From Candidatus Woesearchaeota archaeon (GTDB taxonomy: Archaea; Nanobdellota; Nanobdellia; Woesearchaeales; WAPJ01), in the NCBI GenBank assembly GCA_047602885.1, contig JBLKOQ010000004.1, positions 1 through 51,348 on the forward strand: a stretch of 51,348 bases of DNA, in the 5' to 3' direction. The notes beneath the pieces are model-generated. The model worked only from the letters and a program-made list of their open reading frames with translations. It ran no database searches and had not been told where the DNA came from. The translations under genes were made by a program, and so were the position numbers. Shown in pieces: positions 34,418 through 43,870 of this stretch (its first letter is position 1; the number at the start of each line of letters is the position of its first letter).

Positions 34418-35698
34418 TTATTCTAAACCCAGAGCTTTCATTATTAGTTCTGGAGTGAATTCTTTAATATCATCATATTCTTGGCCTAATCCTATAAAGT
34501 ATATTGGGGCTCTGGTAACATATGATACTGATAATGCTGCGCCTCCCTTGTCATCAACATCAGCCTTGGTAAGTATTATTCCGTCTATGCATATCTTTTG
34601 GTTGAATACTGTGGCTTGTTCGATTACGTCATTTCCTGCTATTGACTCTCCAACGAATAATGTTAGGTCGGGTTTAGCAACCCTCTTTATTTTTTCTAGT
34701 TCTTTTAATAGGTTGTCATTGCTGTGAAGCCTTCCCGCAGTGTCTATTAGGACTATGTCTGCTTTTCCTGACTCTGCATGCCTGATTGCATCGTATGCTA
34801 CTGCTGCAGCGTCAGAGCCATAGTCCTGTTTTATTATCCTTACATCTATCTTCTTGGCGTGTTCTTCTAACTGTTGTATAGCTGCTGCTCTAAAAGTGTC
34901 TCCTGCTGCCAATACTGGTATTAGTCCATTATTCTTTATCTTGTATGCTATTTTTGCTATGGTAGTTGTCTTTCCACTGCCGTTAACACCCAAAAACATT
35001 ATGGTATAAGGCTTCTTTTTCCTGATTAGGCTGTAAAAGTCTTCATGAGGAACGAATAATTCTATGATAGCGTTTGAGAGAGCCTCTCTTATTATCTCGT
35101 GAGGCTTGCTCCTCTGGATCTTTTCGCTCATAATCTCTTTTTTTAATGATTCTTTTATCTTTTCCACTACATCCAGAGCTGTATTGTTTTCTAACAATGC
35201 TATTTCTAGCTCTTCAAACATCCTATCAAACTCTTTTTCAGATATGTTCTTTTTTGTTATGCTGTCAGCCAGTTTAGTAAAGAACCCTCTCTTCTCTTTT
35301 ACACTAGTATCCTGCATTATGATGTTCTCTTCTATGTCATCATATTCTTCTGTGGCAGGCTCTTTTTGGGGCTTAATGCCTATTTCTTTCTTCCGAGCCA
35401 TTCTTTCTGACTCGTATTCTTTTTCTTGCATCCTTTCCTGACTAATATCTTCAGGGTCTATAGCCAGTGACTCTTCCCTGTATTCTTCTGTAAGGCCTTC
35501 TGATACTGACGGAGAATCCTCAATAACATTTTTTAGTGTAATGTCTTCTTCTAATGACTCTATTTCTTTTATATCATCTTGTTTTGTTCCTTTTTCTGTT
35601 ACAGTGTCATCTTTAGTGGCAGACAATTCTTCTTCTTTTTTGAAATTGTCTACGAACCCTTTAATCTTGTTCTTTAGGAATCCGAACATTATTATCAC
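34418..35698 (-). CDS. ftsY: Signal recognition particle receptor FtsY
   Basis: Acidic N-domain followed by the NG domain: FLGVNGSGKTTTIAKIA, DTAGRLH, ILTKADVDDKGGAALS. Confidence 0.9.
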   Translation of the reverse strand: MIIMFGFLKNKIKGFVDNFKKEEELSATKDDTVTEKGTKQDDIKEIESLEEDITLKNVIEDSPSVSEGLTEEYREESLAIDPEDISQERMQEKEYESERMARKKEIGIKPQKEPATEEYDDIEENIIMQDTSVKEKRGFFTKLADSITKKNISEKEFDRMFEELEIALLENNTALDVVEKIKESLKKEIMSEKIQRSKPHEIIREALSNAIIELFVPHEDFYSLIRKKKPYTIMFLGVNGSGKTTTIAKIAYKIKNNGLIPVLAAGDTFRAAAIQQLEEHAKKIDVRIIKQDYGSDAAAVAYDAIRHAESGKADIVLIDTAGRLHSNDNLLKELEKIKRVAKPDLTLFVGESIAGNDVIEQATVFNQKICIDGIILTKADVDDKGGAALSVSYVTRAPIYFIGLGQEYDDIKEFTPELIMKALGLE

Positions 35699-36090
35699 TC
35701 TTTAACATCATTGTATAATCCTATAAGCTGTTCTTCTAGTGCTCTGAACTGTGACTGTAGCTCTATTATGCTACTTTCTATCTCCCCTATCTTTTTTGTA
35801 ATGTATTCTTCTGTTTCTTTCCTCGTCTTTTCTACTAGTGTATTGCTTCCAACTCCTACTATATACCTGTCCTTGTCTACCATTTTTGCCTCTACGTATA
35901 TTCCCTGGCTGAACTGTACTAGTATCTCTTCATTTTCATTAGCCTTAAATTGACCTAGCGCTACTTTTAGGCCTGCTAGCAGAGCTCTCTTTTCGGCCAT
36001 CTCTTCTATATTATTGTTAATGCTCTCGAGTAACTGTTGCAATAGGGTTAGTCCTCTTAGCTTTTCTTCCATCGTAATCTCTTTGTCCAT
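35695..36090 (-). CDS. pfdA: Prefoldin alpha subunit
   Basis: 131-aa coiled-coil/beta-hairpin/coiled-coil pattern (QQLLESINNNIEEM...ILVQFSQGIYVEAKMVD...VGVGSNTLVEK...). Sits in the conserved aIF6-pfdA-ftsY order and overlaps the ftsY start by 4 nt. Confidence 0.8.
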   Translation of the reverse strand: MDKEITMEEKLRGLTLLQQLLESINNNIEEMAEKRALLAGLKVALGQFKANENEEILVQFSQGIYVEAKMVDKDRYIVGVGSNTLVEKTRKETEEYITKKIGEIESSIIELQSQFRALEEQLIGLYNDVKE

Positions 36091-36104
36091 ATTATCACTC
36101 TTTT

Positions 36105-36767
36105 TTATGATAGTCCTTCTGTTATGTCCATTACTTCTTCTGTTATGGAGTCTTGTCCTATTATTATACCGTTATTGTTATGTATTATGCCTGAGCTTAT
36201 AAATAACTGCCTATTGTTTACTGTTGTTTCTATCAGTTCTATGGACAAATGTTTTTCCAGTTTCTTTATAGTCCTCTTTTCAAATATTGGGCTTATTATT
36301 CCTTTATTATTGCCTGCTATTATCATGCTTCCTATATTGTCAAATTCCTCATGTTCCACTATTAGTGTGCTTATTCCCAAGTCATGTAATGCTCTTATAA
36401 TATTTTTATCAGTATTGCTGCTTATTATTGCTTTTTCTTTATTGATCCCTATAATATTGCGCAGGGCTGTTTGTGAAGTGTTTATGGTTAAAACTTTGAG
36501 TCCTGATTCTTTTTCAACCTTCTTTTTTTCGTGTTCGAATATTATGCTTGGCGCCAAGATTATTCCTTTAGCTTCTATTAGGAACAGTCCCGGATAAGGC
36601 GTTCCTGCAATGCTTAGTGAGACTATTCTAACCTTCAGTATTCTTTCTATCATCCTCTTCTGCTCTGTTCTCAGCCTTATTCCTGAAAACAGCACTTCTC
36701 CTACGCTAAAGAAGTATAATCCTATATTGCTATCGGCATGTATGCTTAAAAGTCCCGTCTCTTTCAT
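36105..36767 (-). CDS. eif6: Translation initiation factor 6 (aIF6)
   Basis: 220 aa with a pentein-like internal repeat pattern (SNIGLYFF.., GTPYPGLFLI.., ALRNIIG.., NIGSMIIAGN.., ISSGIIHNN..). Conserved neighbourhood with pfdA and ftsY. Confidence 0.85.
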   Translation of the reverse strand: MKETGLLSIHADSNIGLYFFSVGEVLFSGIRLRTEQKRMIERILKVRIVSLSIAGTPYPGLFLIEAKGIILAPSIIFEHEKKKVEKESGLKVLTINTSQTALRNIIGINKEKAIISSNTDKNIIRALHDLGISTLIVEHEEFDNIGSMIIAGNNKGIISPIFEKRTIKKLEKHLSIELIETTVNNRQLFISSGIIHNNNGIIIGQDSITEEVMDITEGLS

Positions 36768-37123
36768 AATTCTACTACCTTATCGTCTATTAGGTCTATT
36801 AACCTTACGCCAACTCCTAGTTTTAGTACGGCCGATATTAGTGCAGAATGCTCTTTCCCGCTGCCGCTTGTTATGTTAATCTCTGTTTCCATTACGTCTT
36901 GCAATAACCCTTTGAGTTGGCTTATAATCTGATCTCTTATTATAGTGGTATTCTCGTTGAAATCAACTCTTATCATAGTCTCTCCTTTTATGGGAACATA
37001 CTTTTCTATGCCAAAATCATTGGTGATTATGAATATGCTTTCATAATCTCCAAGTTCTACTATTCGTTTTACGTGAGTCCATGTTCCCTTTCCTTGTCCC
37101 AGTATTGCTATTAGCACTCCCAT
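36764..37123 (-). CDS. 119-aa alpha/beta protein of unknown function, translationally coupled to aIF6
   Basis: MGVLIAILGQGKGTW...INITSGSGKEHSALISAVLKLGVGVRLIDL. Its stop overlaps the aIF6 start (ATGA). Confidence 0.5.
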   Translation of the reverse strand: MGVLIAILGQGKGTWTHVKRIVELGDYESIFIITNDFGIEKYVPIKGETMIRVDFNENTTIIRDQIISQLKGLLQDVMETEINITSGSGKEHSALISAVLKLGVGVRLIDLIDDKVVEL

Positions 37124-37227
37124 AATCCTGCGTCCCTATGCTTCCTATATAAACATTCCTATGCTTTTAAATGGTATAAACAAAACTTTTATGAATATGA
37201 TGATAGATTCGCAATACTGGTGTTTGA

Positions 37228-37809
37228 GTGTTTACAATTGCTGAAATAGTGGATATGGCCATAATGGCTGTTGCTATAGGTTTCATATTCAAAGATATCC
37301 CATTATTCAATGTTATTAGGACATCCTATTCTGGCATACCATTAGCTAAAGGGCCTAGCAACTTCCTGCTTGCCATATACTCTATTGTTCCTGGCATAAT
37401 ATTGCATGAGCTCTTCCATAAGTTTTCGGCCATTTATTATGGGGCTGAAGCAGTATTTGTTGCGAATTATACTTTTTTGCTTATAGGAATAGCTATTAAA
37501 CTGTTAAAATTCCCTTTTATACTAATAGCACCTGCTTATGTTGCTATTACTGCAGCTAATGGTCTTGCAGGACATGAAAGGGCTCTTATAGGGTTTGCAG
37601 GTCCATTTGCCAATCTCTTATTGTATATTGCCGCCTTTATTATAGTAAAATATGATTTTAAGATTTTCAGGAAGATTAAAGACAATCCTTATGGTTATAC
37701 CATCTTAGTGGGCACTAGGTATATTAATGGGTTCTTGTTCTTATTCAACATGCTGCCAATACCAGGATTTGACGGTTACCATGTCATGAGAGGACTGCTA
37801 ATGAGTTGA
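37228..37809 (+). CDS. Small membrane metalloprotease, peptidase M50 (site-2 protease)-like
   Basis: HELFH (HExxH) inside a TM segment, and NMLPIPGFDGYHV (NxxPxxxxDG). Start is GTG at 37228 or ATG at 37255. Confidence 0.65.
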   Translation: MFTIAEIVDMAIMAVAIGFIFKDIPLFNVIRTSYSGIPLAKGPSNFLLAIYSIVPGIILHELFHKFSAIYYGAEAVFVANYTFLLIGIAIKLLKFPFILIAPAYVAITAANGLAGHERALIGFAGPFANLLLYIAAFIIVKYDFKIFRKIKDNPYGYTILVGTRYINGFLFLFNMLPIPGFDGYHVMRGLLMS

Positions 37810-37814
37810 TTATT

Positions 37815-39473
37815 ATGAGTAATCTAAAAAGGCTTGTTAAAGACAATAAGACAAAATTCATTTTTGTTACAGGAGGCGTATTGTCCGGACTCGGAAAAGG
37901 TATCACAGTAGCGTCTATAGGCAATCTTCTTTCAAAGAATCATAAGGTAGTGCCTATAAAATGCGAGGGATACTTGAATGTTGACCCTGGAACAATGAAT
38001 CCTGTAGAGCACGGCGAAGTATTTGTCTTGGAGGACGGTGAAGAGGCTGATATGGACTTTGGCCATTATGAGAGGTTTATGAGTATTAATTGTAAGCATA
38101 ACTGGAATATTACTATGGGCAAGGTATTTGAGAAGATTAGGGAAAGAGAGAGGAGGGGCGATTATCTTGGAAAGACCGTCCAATTTGTCCCTCATACTAC
38201 TAATCTGATTAAGGAATTATGGCTAAAAATTGCCATGGAAGAAGAGGCTGATATTATTATAGTGGAAGTCGGAGGCACTGTAGGCGATATTGAAACAGAG
38301 CTCCATCTCGAAGCAGCTAGGCAGCTTAGGAGGGATATAGGTTTTGATAACGTACTTTATATTCATCTGACTTATGTGCCGCTACCATCCAACCTAAAAG
38401 AGTTTAAGACTAAGCCTACCCAACAATCATTAATACTGCTTAGGGAAAGAGGTATTACTCCCCAGATTATACTAACCCGTTCAGAATACTCTCTTCCTGA
38501 CAAGATGATAGAGAAGATAGCCTTATTTTCGGGCCTCCAGTCATCTGAAGTAATACAAAATTATGATGTAGACTCAATATATGAGATCCCGCTAATACTC
38601 TTCAAACAGGGGCTCTCAAAGCTTATAGGTGAAAAGCTAAATATCGATATTACTCATGAGATCGGAGAATGGGATTCTCTGGTTGGGAGGATGAAAAAAT
38701 CGAATGGTCTTGTAAGGATAGCGATATGCGGAAAGTATACCGAATTGGAAGACTCGTATGCTTCTGTAGTAGAAGCATTAAGACATTCAGGTGCTCATAA
38801 TGACGTTTTTGTACAGATTAGTTTTGTTGAGACCAGTGATATCGATAATATTGATGATGCAGGCAAAAGATTGCATGGAATTCATGGTGTCGTAATACCT
38901 GGAGGTTTTGGTAGCAGGGGTGTTGAAGGAAAGATTAGAATTATAGAATATTGTCGTAAAAATAATATTCCTTTCCTAGGGATATGTTATGGATTGCAGC
39001 TTGCCGTAATAGAATATTCCAGGAATGTATTGGGGTTGGATGATGCTAATACTACTGAAGTTGAGCCTAATACTAATAATCCTGTAGTTGATATTCTGCC
39101 TGAGCAAAAAAGCATATCTGACAAGGGGGGTACTATGAGGAGGGGTGCTTATGACGCTGTACTAGCTAAAGGAAGCATAGTACATTCTTTATACAAAAAC
39201 ATTAATGTTTCTGAGAGGCATAGGCACAGGTATGAGGTGAATCCTGAATATCATGACCTGTTAAAGAGCAATGGAATGCTTCTTAGCGGTATGAGTCCAG
39301 ACGGGCGCCTAGTGGAGTTCATAGAAGTTAAGGATCATAACTATTTTGTGGCGTGCCAGGGCCATATAGAGCTAAAGTCCACATTATTAAAGCCTGCTCC
39401 ACTGTTTATGGGTTTTGTTAAGGCTGCAAAAATGATTTCTGCATCAGAGTCTCCTGTATTGCTTGATGACTAG
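37815..39473 (+). CDS. pyrG: CTP synthase
   Basis: KFIFVTGGVLSGLGKGI, YLNVDPGTMNP, GGTVGDIE, GICYGLQ (GATase Cys), HRHRYEVN. ATG at 37815; the tracked start at 37806 is TTG. Confidence 0.95.
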   Translation: MSNLKRLVKDNKTKFIFVTGGVLSGLGKGITVASIGNLLSKNHKVVPIKCEGYLNVDPGTMNPVEHGEVFVLEDGEEADMDFGHYERFMSINCKHNWNITMGKVFEKIRERERRGDYLGKTVQFVPHTTNLIKELWLKIAMEEEADIIIVEVGGTVGDIETELHLEAARQLRRDIGFDNVLYIHLTYVPLPSNLKEFKTKPTQQSLILLRERGITPQIILTRSEYSLPDKMIEKIALFSGLQSSEVIQNYDVDSIYEIPLILFKQGLSKLIGEKLNIDITHEIGEWDSLVGRMKKSNGLVRIAICGKYTELEDSYASVVEALRHSGAHNDVFVQISFVETSDIDNIDDAGKRLHGIHGVVIPGGFGSRGVEGKIRIIEYCRKNNIPFLGICYGLQLAVIEYSRNVLGLDDANTTEVEPNTNNPVVDILPEQKSISDKGGTMRRGAYDAVLAKGSIVHSLYKNINVSERHRHRYEVNPEYHDLLKSNGMLLSGMSPDGRLVEFIEVKDHNYFVACQGHIELKSTLLKPAPLFMGFVKAAKMISASESPVLLDD

Positions 39474-40177
39474 TCTTCAAGAACATAGGTTATCCTTCTG
39501 TTCTTTGAACCTTTATTCTCCATTTTTGTAATAACAATTTTTCCTATATGGCTAATATTGTTTACGTGGCATCCTCCGTCTGCCTGCATGTCTATCCCTA
39601 CAATACTTACTATTCTTAGAGTATCCTGCGTTGGAGGCAATGCGCCTGCAAGCTTTACCATTCCAGGAATTTCTAATGCCTCTTCCCTGTTCATGTAACT
39701 AACTTTGACTTGAGCGCCTCTTTTTATTAGGTTGTTTGCTTCCATCACCTTCTCTTCTATAAGGGCTCTGTCAAACGATTCTATGCTATAGTCCATTCTA
39801 GACTTGTCATAGTCTATCCTATTGCCTGTAATCCTCGCTCCCATTCCAGAAAATAATGCTGACAATAAGTGCGCTGCAGTATGCATTCTCATTAGCCTAT
39901 GCCTTCTGTCCCAGTCTAATACGCATCTAACCTTATCTCCTATAACAAGATCGTGTGAACCTATATCATGCAATATTTTGTTCCCTTCTTTTATTGCCTG
40001 TGACATACTATATTCCAATGATTTTTCATCACATATTATTATTCCTTTGTCTGACGATACTCCTCCGCTTTCAGGATAGAATGCTGTTTCCTCTAACATA
40101 ATGCGTGTCCCATCAATCGCACTTACTGTTGTTATCCATTCTTTAAGTTCCATATTATCCATGTATAATGCTTTCAT
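39470..40177 (-). CDS. alaX: Alanyl-tRNA editing protein AlaX (AlaXM size class)
   Basis: MHTAAHLLSALF (HxxxH) and GGCHV (CxxxH) zinc motifs in 235 aa. Confidence 0.85.
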   Translation of the reverse strand: MKALYMDNMELKEWITTVSAIDGTRIMLEETAFYPESGGVSSDKGIIICDEKSLEYSMSQAIKEGNKILHDIGSHDLVIGDKVRCVLDWDRRHRLMRMHTAAHLLSALFSGMGARITGNRIDYDKSRMDYSIESFDRALIEEKVMEANNLIKRGAQVKVSYMNREEALEIPGMVKLAGALPPTQDTLRIVSIVGIDMQADGGCHVNNISHIGKIVITKMENKGSKNRRITYVLED

Positions 40178-40181
40178 ATTA

Positions 40182-40820
40182 TCACCGAAAGTATTCTGAT
40201 ATAGTATTAGTCAGTGAATCGTTTCCTTCTTGTGAGACATTCATTATGTGAGCTAATAATCCTGTGTTCATAAAATCAAAATGCCTAATTGTGATGTAAG
40301 GTGCTGGTCTCCTGCTGCCGTTCATGGTCACTGCAAGTGTTATCCTTTCAGGATAGGCTTCTATGCTAGGATTATATCCTTCTTTTGCTTGGATATTAAA
40401 TGTTGGGTCAAACATCTTCCATGCCCCGTCCATATTAATGTCTATCCACATATGGTCAGTCCATCCGCTGTTGTCTTTTACCCTTCCTGAACTCAACCTA
40501 ATATTGCTTAAGATATCATTCCTCTCATACAAGGTTGCGTATTCTATTGTTTTGTCATAAACATATGATGCAAAATCGTGACATGAAGCGCCTTCTATTT
40601 CATTTTGATGGGCATAATCCCTAATGCTTGAGAGGAGGCTAATCATGTCTTTATTGACATCCATGCTTCCTACATCAAGATTGTTTCTAATGGCACTCGT
40701 CGTATAATTAGCATTAAGGTATCCTATCATTATGGGAACAGAAATCTGATTTGCAGGGTATATTGCAAGAGCCAAGAATAGTATTCCTTGTTTGATTTGC
40801 TGCCTTATATTAACCCCCAT
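40182..40820 (-). CDS. Transglutaminase-like (papain-fold Cys-His-Asp) domain protein
   Basis: GASCHDFASYVY ... DHMWIDINMDGAWKMFDPT fits the C...H-x-W...D-P-T pattern of the transglutaminase-like core. Hydrophobic N-terminus. Confidence 0.6.
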   Translation of the reverse strand: MGVNIRQQIKQGILFLALAIYPANQISVPIMIGYLNANYTTSAIRNNLDVGSMDVNKDMISLLSSIRDYAHQNEIEGASCHDFASYVYDKTIEYATLYERNDILSNIRLSSGRVKDNSGWTDHMWIDINMDGAWKMFDPTFNIQAKEGYNPSIEAYPERITLAVTMNGSRRPAPYITIRHFDFMNTGLLAHIMNVSQEGNDSLTNTISEYFR

Positions 40821-40855
40821 AATGTTTTTGTGATAATTAGAATATAAAAGGATTA

Positions 40856-40929
40856 TGGTGCAATGGCCGGGATTCGAACCCGGATCATCACCGTGGCAGG
40901 GTGATATACTGCCATTATACTACCATTGC
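40856..40929 (-). tRNA. tRNA-Gly: tRNA-Gly (anticodon GCC) with genomically encoded CCA
   Basis: Hand-folded from the reverse strand: GCAATGG-TA-GTAT-AATGGCA-GTAT-A-TCACC-CTGCCAC-GGTGA-TGAT-CCGGG-TTCGAAT-CCCGG-CCATTGC-A-CCA. It has a 7-bp acceptor stem, 5-bp anticodon and T stems, a TTCGAAT T-loop, and is 74 nt long. Confidence 0.9.
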
Positions 40930-40956
40930 GCTTCATTTTTTGTGTAGTGCTCTTTC

Positions 40957-40968
40957 TTTTAAAAATAT
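40957..40968 (-). promoter_or_regulatory. TATA-like box (TATTTTTAAAAG on the - strand) upstream of tRNA-Gly
   Basis: Centre lies about 33 nt upstream of the mature tRNA 5' end. Confidence 0.4.
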
Positions 40969-40984
40969 GCCTCTATTATGCTAT

Positions 40985-41680
40985 TTACGATAATGCTAAT
41001 ATGCTTTCTATTAATATTCCTGACAGATAAGCTGCTATTACGAGTATCAGGCATATAAGTAGTGTTTCCAACCCGCTTCTTATCCAGTTAATCCTCGTAA
41101 ACCTTGTTTTTATGGAGCCGATAATGAATGCTGCGCCAAAACTGAACAATATACTATACACAAAAGGATTATGCAGTCCGATTGCGTATGATAATAATGG
41201 GAATACCGCCCCTATTATGAATGATATGAACATGAACAGGCTGTCTCTTAATGGACTGTGTGTTTTGCTGTTTTGTACTTGGTCAATATTCCTTAGCAGC
41301 ATACCAGCATATACTTCTTTGTCTTTCATTACAGATTCTTTTGCACTGCTCAGAGTCCTGCCTTTAAGTCCTATGCTTTTTAGGTATGATAATAGTTCTT
41401 CTTCGCTCTTCTCACCAAGATTATCTTTTCTGTGGATAAGCATTGCTCTTTGCATTTCATTCTCTGATTTTGTACTAAGCCATGCTCCAAATCCCATGCT
41501 TAGTGCTGAGGCAAATGCTCCTATCATCCCAACTAATAATATTAGGTTGTTTTGGACTCCAGCTCCATATAGTCCGGCTACAAAAGCGAATGTGCTTACC
41601 AGTCCGTCGTTGAATCCAAATACTAGTTCCCGCAGATTTATGGGGTTATTGTGATATTGGCCTGCTTGATTTGGTCGCAT
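40985..41680 (-). CDS. VIT1/CCC1-family iron/manganese transporter
   Basis: LRELVFGFNDGLVSTFAFVAGL, then a soluble helical insert, then three C-terminal TM segments. ATG at 41680; the tracked start at 41749 is TTG. Confidence 0.8.
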   Translation of the reverse strand: MRPNQAGQYHNNPINLRELVFGFNDGLVSTFAFVAGLYGAGVQNNLILLVGMIGAFASALSMGFGAWLSTKSENEMQRAMLIHRKDNLGEKSEEELLSYLKSIGLKGRTLSSAKESVMKDKEVYAGMLLRNIDQVQNSKTHSPLRDSLFMFISFIIGAVFPLLSYAIGLHNPFVYSILFSFGAAFIIGSIKTRFTRINWIRSGLETLLICLILVIAAYLSGILIESILALS

Positions 41681-41878
41681 ACTATTATTTGGGCTTATCT
41701 TATTATAAGCATTTTGTATTATGAGCTCTGCAGTAAAGGTATTCAACAAGAGTCATCATTAGCAAAAACAACAACTTACACTTGAGGCTAATGCACCAAG
41801 ATTATTCTGATATGTAGCGCGTAGCACGATTTGCAGACAATGTATAAACAACGGATTTAGAGTATTATAGGCATCTGT

Positions 41879-42724
41879 TTAGTTCTTGTTCTTTGTTGCT
41901 GGTCTGCCTTTAGGAGTCTTTCCAGTCCTTTTCTTATCTTTCTTCTTATTAGTAAGAGTGTTTTTTTGTGTTGTTCTTTTAATGCTTCTCTTAACAGAAG
42001 GTTTCTTATCAGTTTTTGGCCTGATATTGTTCTTGTATTCTAGAGTCTTGTCATGGAGAAGTCTTTCGTTTCTTATGAGTATTAGTGTTCCTAGCATTAT
42101 GAGTATCATTATTATAACCCAGTTATATCTTCTGCTGTCCCTTATCCTGTTAATATCCTCTGATGGTATGGGAAGCTCTATCCTAAAAGAATTAGGCTTT
42201 ATATTAGTTTCTTGTACTATGGTACCGTATTCTTCAGCAGACAATACATAGACTAATTCCGCTATTATATTCCTCTCTTCTCCTATAGGATGCCATAATG
42301 ACATTATTATGCTCACATCACTTTTTTCTGGCAAAATCCTAAATATTATGTAGTCCATATCTCCTCCAGAGTAATGGAATGATTCTGATTCTATTGCTCC
42401 TTCCACATTGTATTCTATTATCATAGTACCTCTTTCGAGATACTCCCCTATGATTATACGTTCATGGGGAATCAATCCAGATATAACTATTATGCTGTCG
42501 TAAGGCGTTCCCGCTTGAACCGTTTCAGGACGATGCCATTGAACTGTAGCATTAAATGATGGTTCATCACTACCATCATATCTGCCTATTAAGTATGGTT
42601 CTTGATAAGCGTAATATCCTGTTATAGCAGGCTCGACAAAAAAGTATAGTATCATTAGACTTGCAAATACCATAATAATGCTTATATTTGTCTTAATCCC
42701 TAAACTATTATGCTGTCTTGTCAT
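41879..42724 (-). CDS. Bitopic membrane protein, unknown function, with a Lys-rich C-terminal tail
   Basis: N-terminal TM (ISIIMVFASLMILYFFV), an ~170-aa ectodomain, a second TM (WVIIMILIMLGTLILI), and the tail KKPSVKRSIKRTTQKNTLTNKKKDKKRTGKTPKGRPATKNKN. Confidence 0.5.
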   Translation of the reverse strand: MTRQHNSLGIKTNISIIMVFASLMILYFFVEPAITGYYAYQEPYLIGRYDGSDEPSFNATVQWHRPETVQAGTPYDSIIVISGLIPHERIIIGEYLERGTMIIEYNVEGAIESESFHYSGGDMDYIIFRILPEKSDVSIIMSLWHPIGEERNIIAELVYVLSAEEYGTIVQETNIKPNSFRIELPIPSEDINRIRDSRRYNWVIIMILIMLGTLILIRNERLLHDKTLEYKNNIRPKTDKKPSVKRSIKRTTQKNTLTNKKKDKKRTGKTPKGRPATKNKN

Positions 42725-42788
42725 AACAATGAGATTATCGGCCTGGTATTTATAAAACCTTTCAGAAACCTATTGACTAATATCACTA

Positions 42789-43199
42789 TTAGCTTTTTTT
42801 CTTTATTACTATAAGATAGGCTAATAGTATTCCGGAAGTAAATATGAGTATGCCTATTATGGTTTTAAGAAGATTTTCTATGCTCGTACCTTCATGTATC
42901 CTTTCTCCGCTTCCTATGGCCATCCCTGTAATCATGGAACTTCTAATGGTTTGTTCTTCTGAATAAGTTTCATCAACCAAAGAATCATGAATGAGTTCCA
43001 TAGTTCTGTTCTGCTCGATATCTGGATTTTCTATGATGTATAGTGAAACTGAAGCATGATTCGTGTCTCTCACTAATACCTCTCGTGTATCAGAATCAAG
43101 GCTCATGTTTAATTCTGTCTCGTTGCTTGCATGCACTATCATAGGAAATAGCATTAATACTATTATGAGGAAAATCACAATATTAGTGTTCATAACCAA
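42789..43199 (-). CDS. Small secreted, C-terminally anchored protein, unknown function
   Basis: Signal-like N-terminus NIVIFLIIVLMLFPMIVHA and a C-terminal TM (IIGILIFTSGILLAYLIVIKKK). Confidence 0.45.
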   Translation of the reverse strand: MVMNTNIVIFLIIVLMLFPMIVHASNETELNMSLDSDTREVLVRDTNHASVSLYIIENPDIEQNRTMELIHDSLVDETYSEEQTIRSSMITGMAIGSGERIHEGTSIENLLKTIIGILIFTSGILLAYLIVIKKKS

Positions 43200-43270
43200 T
43201 TATATAGTATGCTAATAAATAAATGTTTAGTCTCCAAAAGATTAATAATAGGATAATGCCCTCTTTTATT

Positions 43271-43870
43271 ATGAAATTGATACTGGCAAGGCATGGAGAG
43301 ACTGTTGGCAATGTGATGAGGATTAATCAGGGCCAAATGCACGGTGAATTAACATCGCAGGGTAGGATGCAGGCAGTCTTATTAGGAAAGAGACTGTCTG
43401 GAGAGAGTATTGGTGCCATCTACGTTTCTGACCTTCGAAGGTGTGTCCAGACTGCCGAGCATGTAATAGTGCATCATCCTGATGTTCCTGTATACTATGA
43501 GCCTCTACTGAGAGAGCGGCATTTGGGATTTCTTGAAGGAACGAAGTGGGGCGAGGTAATTAGGCACACTAATTTATCAGGTGAAGAAATACTAAATTAT
43601 AGGCCTGAAGGAGGCGAATCTATTAATGATGTTAAGTACAGAGTATCACAGTTCTTAACGAATATATCTCAAAGGCATGATAATCAAACAGTGCTGGTAG
43701 TGAGTCACGGCCAGTACATAGCTAATATAGTATTGCATGTCATGGGCCTTGACGATACTCATTATGATGAGCACAAGCCCGAGAATACTGCGGTAAGCAT
43801 TATCGCTCTTACTAATCCTCCCAATCTATTCATGTCTAATTGTACTGCTCATCTGGAAAACAATAAATAA
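43271..43870 (+). CDS. Histidine phosphatase family protein (phosphoglycerate mutase-like)
   Basis: MKLILARHGETVGN (RHGE motif) and VVSHG. ATG at 43271 is preferred over the tracked 43223. Confidence 0.8.
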   Translation: MKLILARHGETVGNVMRINQGQMHGELTSQGRMQAVLLGKRLSGESIGAIYVSDLRRCVQTAEHVIVHHPDVPVYYEPLLRERHLGFLEGTKWGEVIRHTNLSGEEILNYRPEGGESINDVKYRVSQFLTNISQRHDNQTVLVVSHGQYIANIVLHVMGLDDTHYDEHKPENTAVSIIALTNPPNLFMSNCTAHLENNK

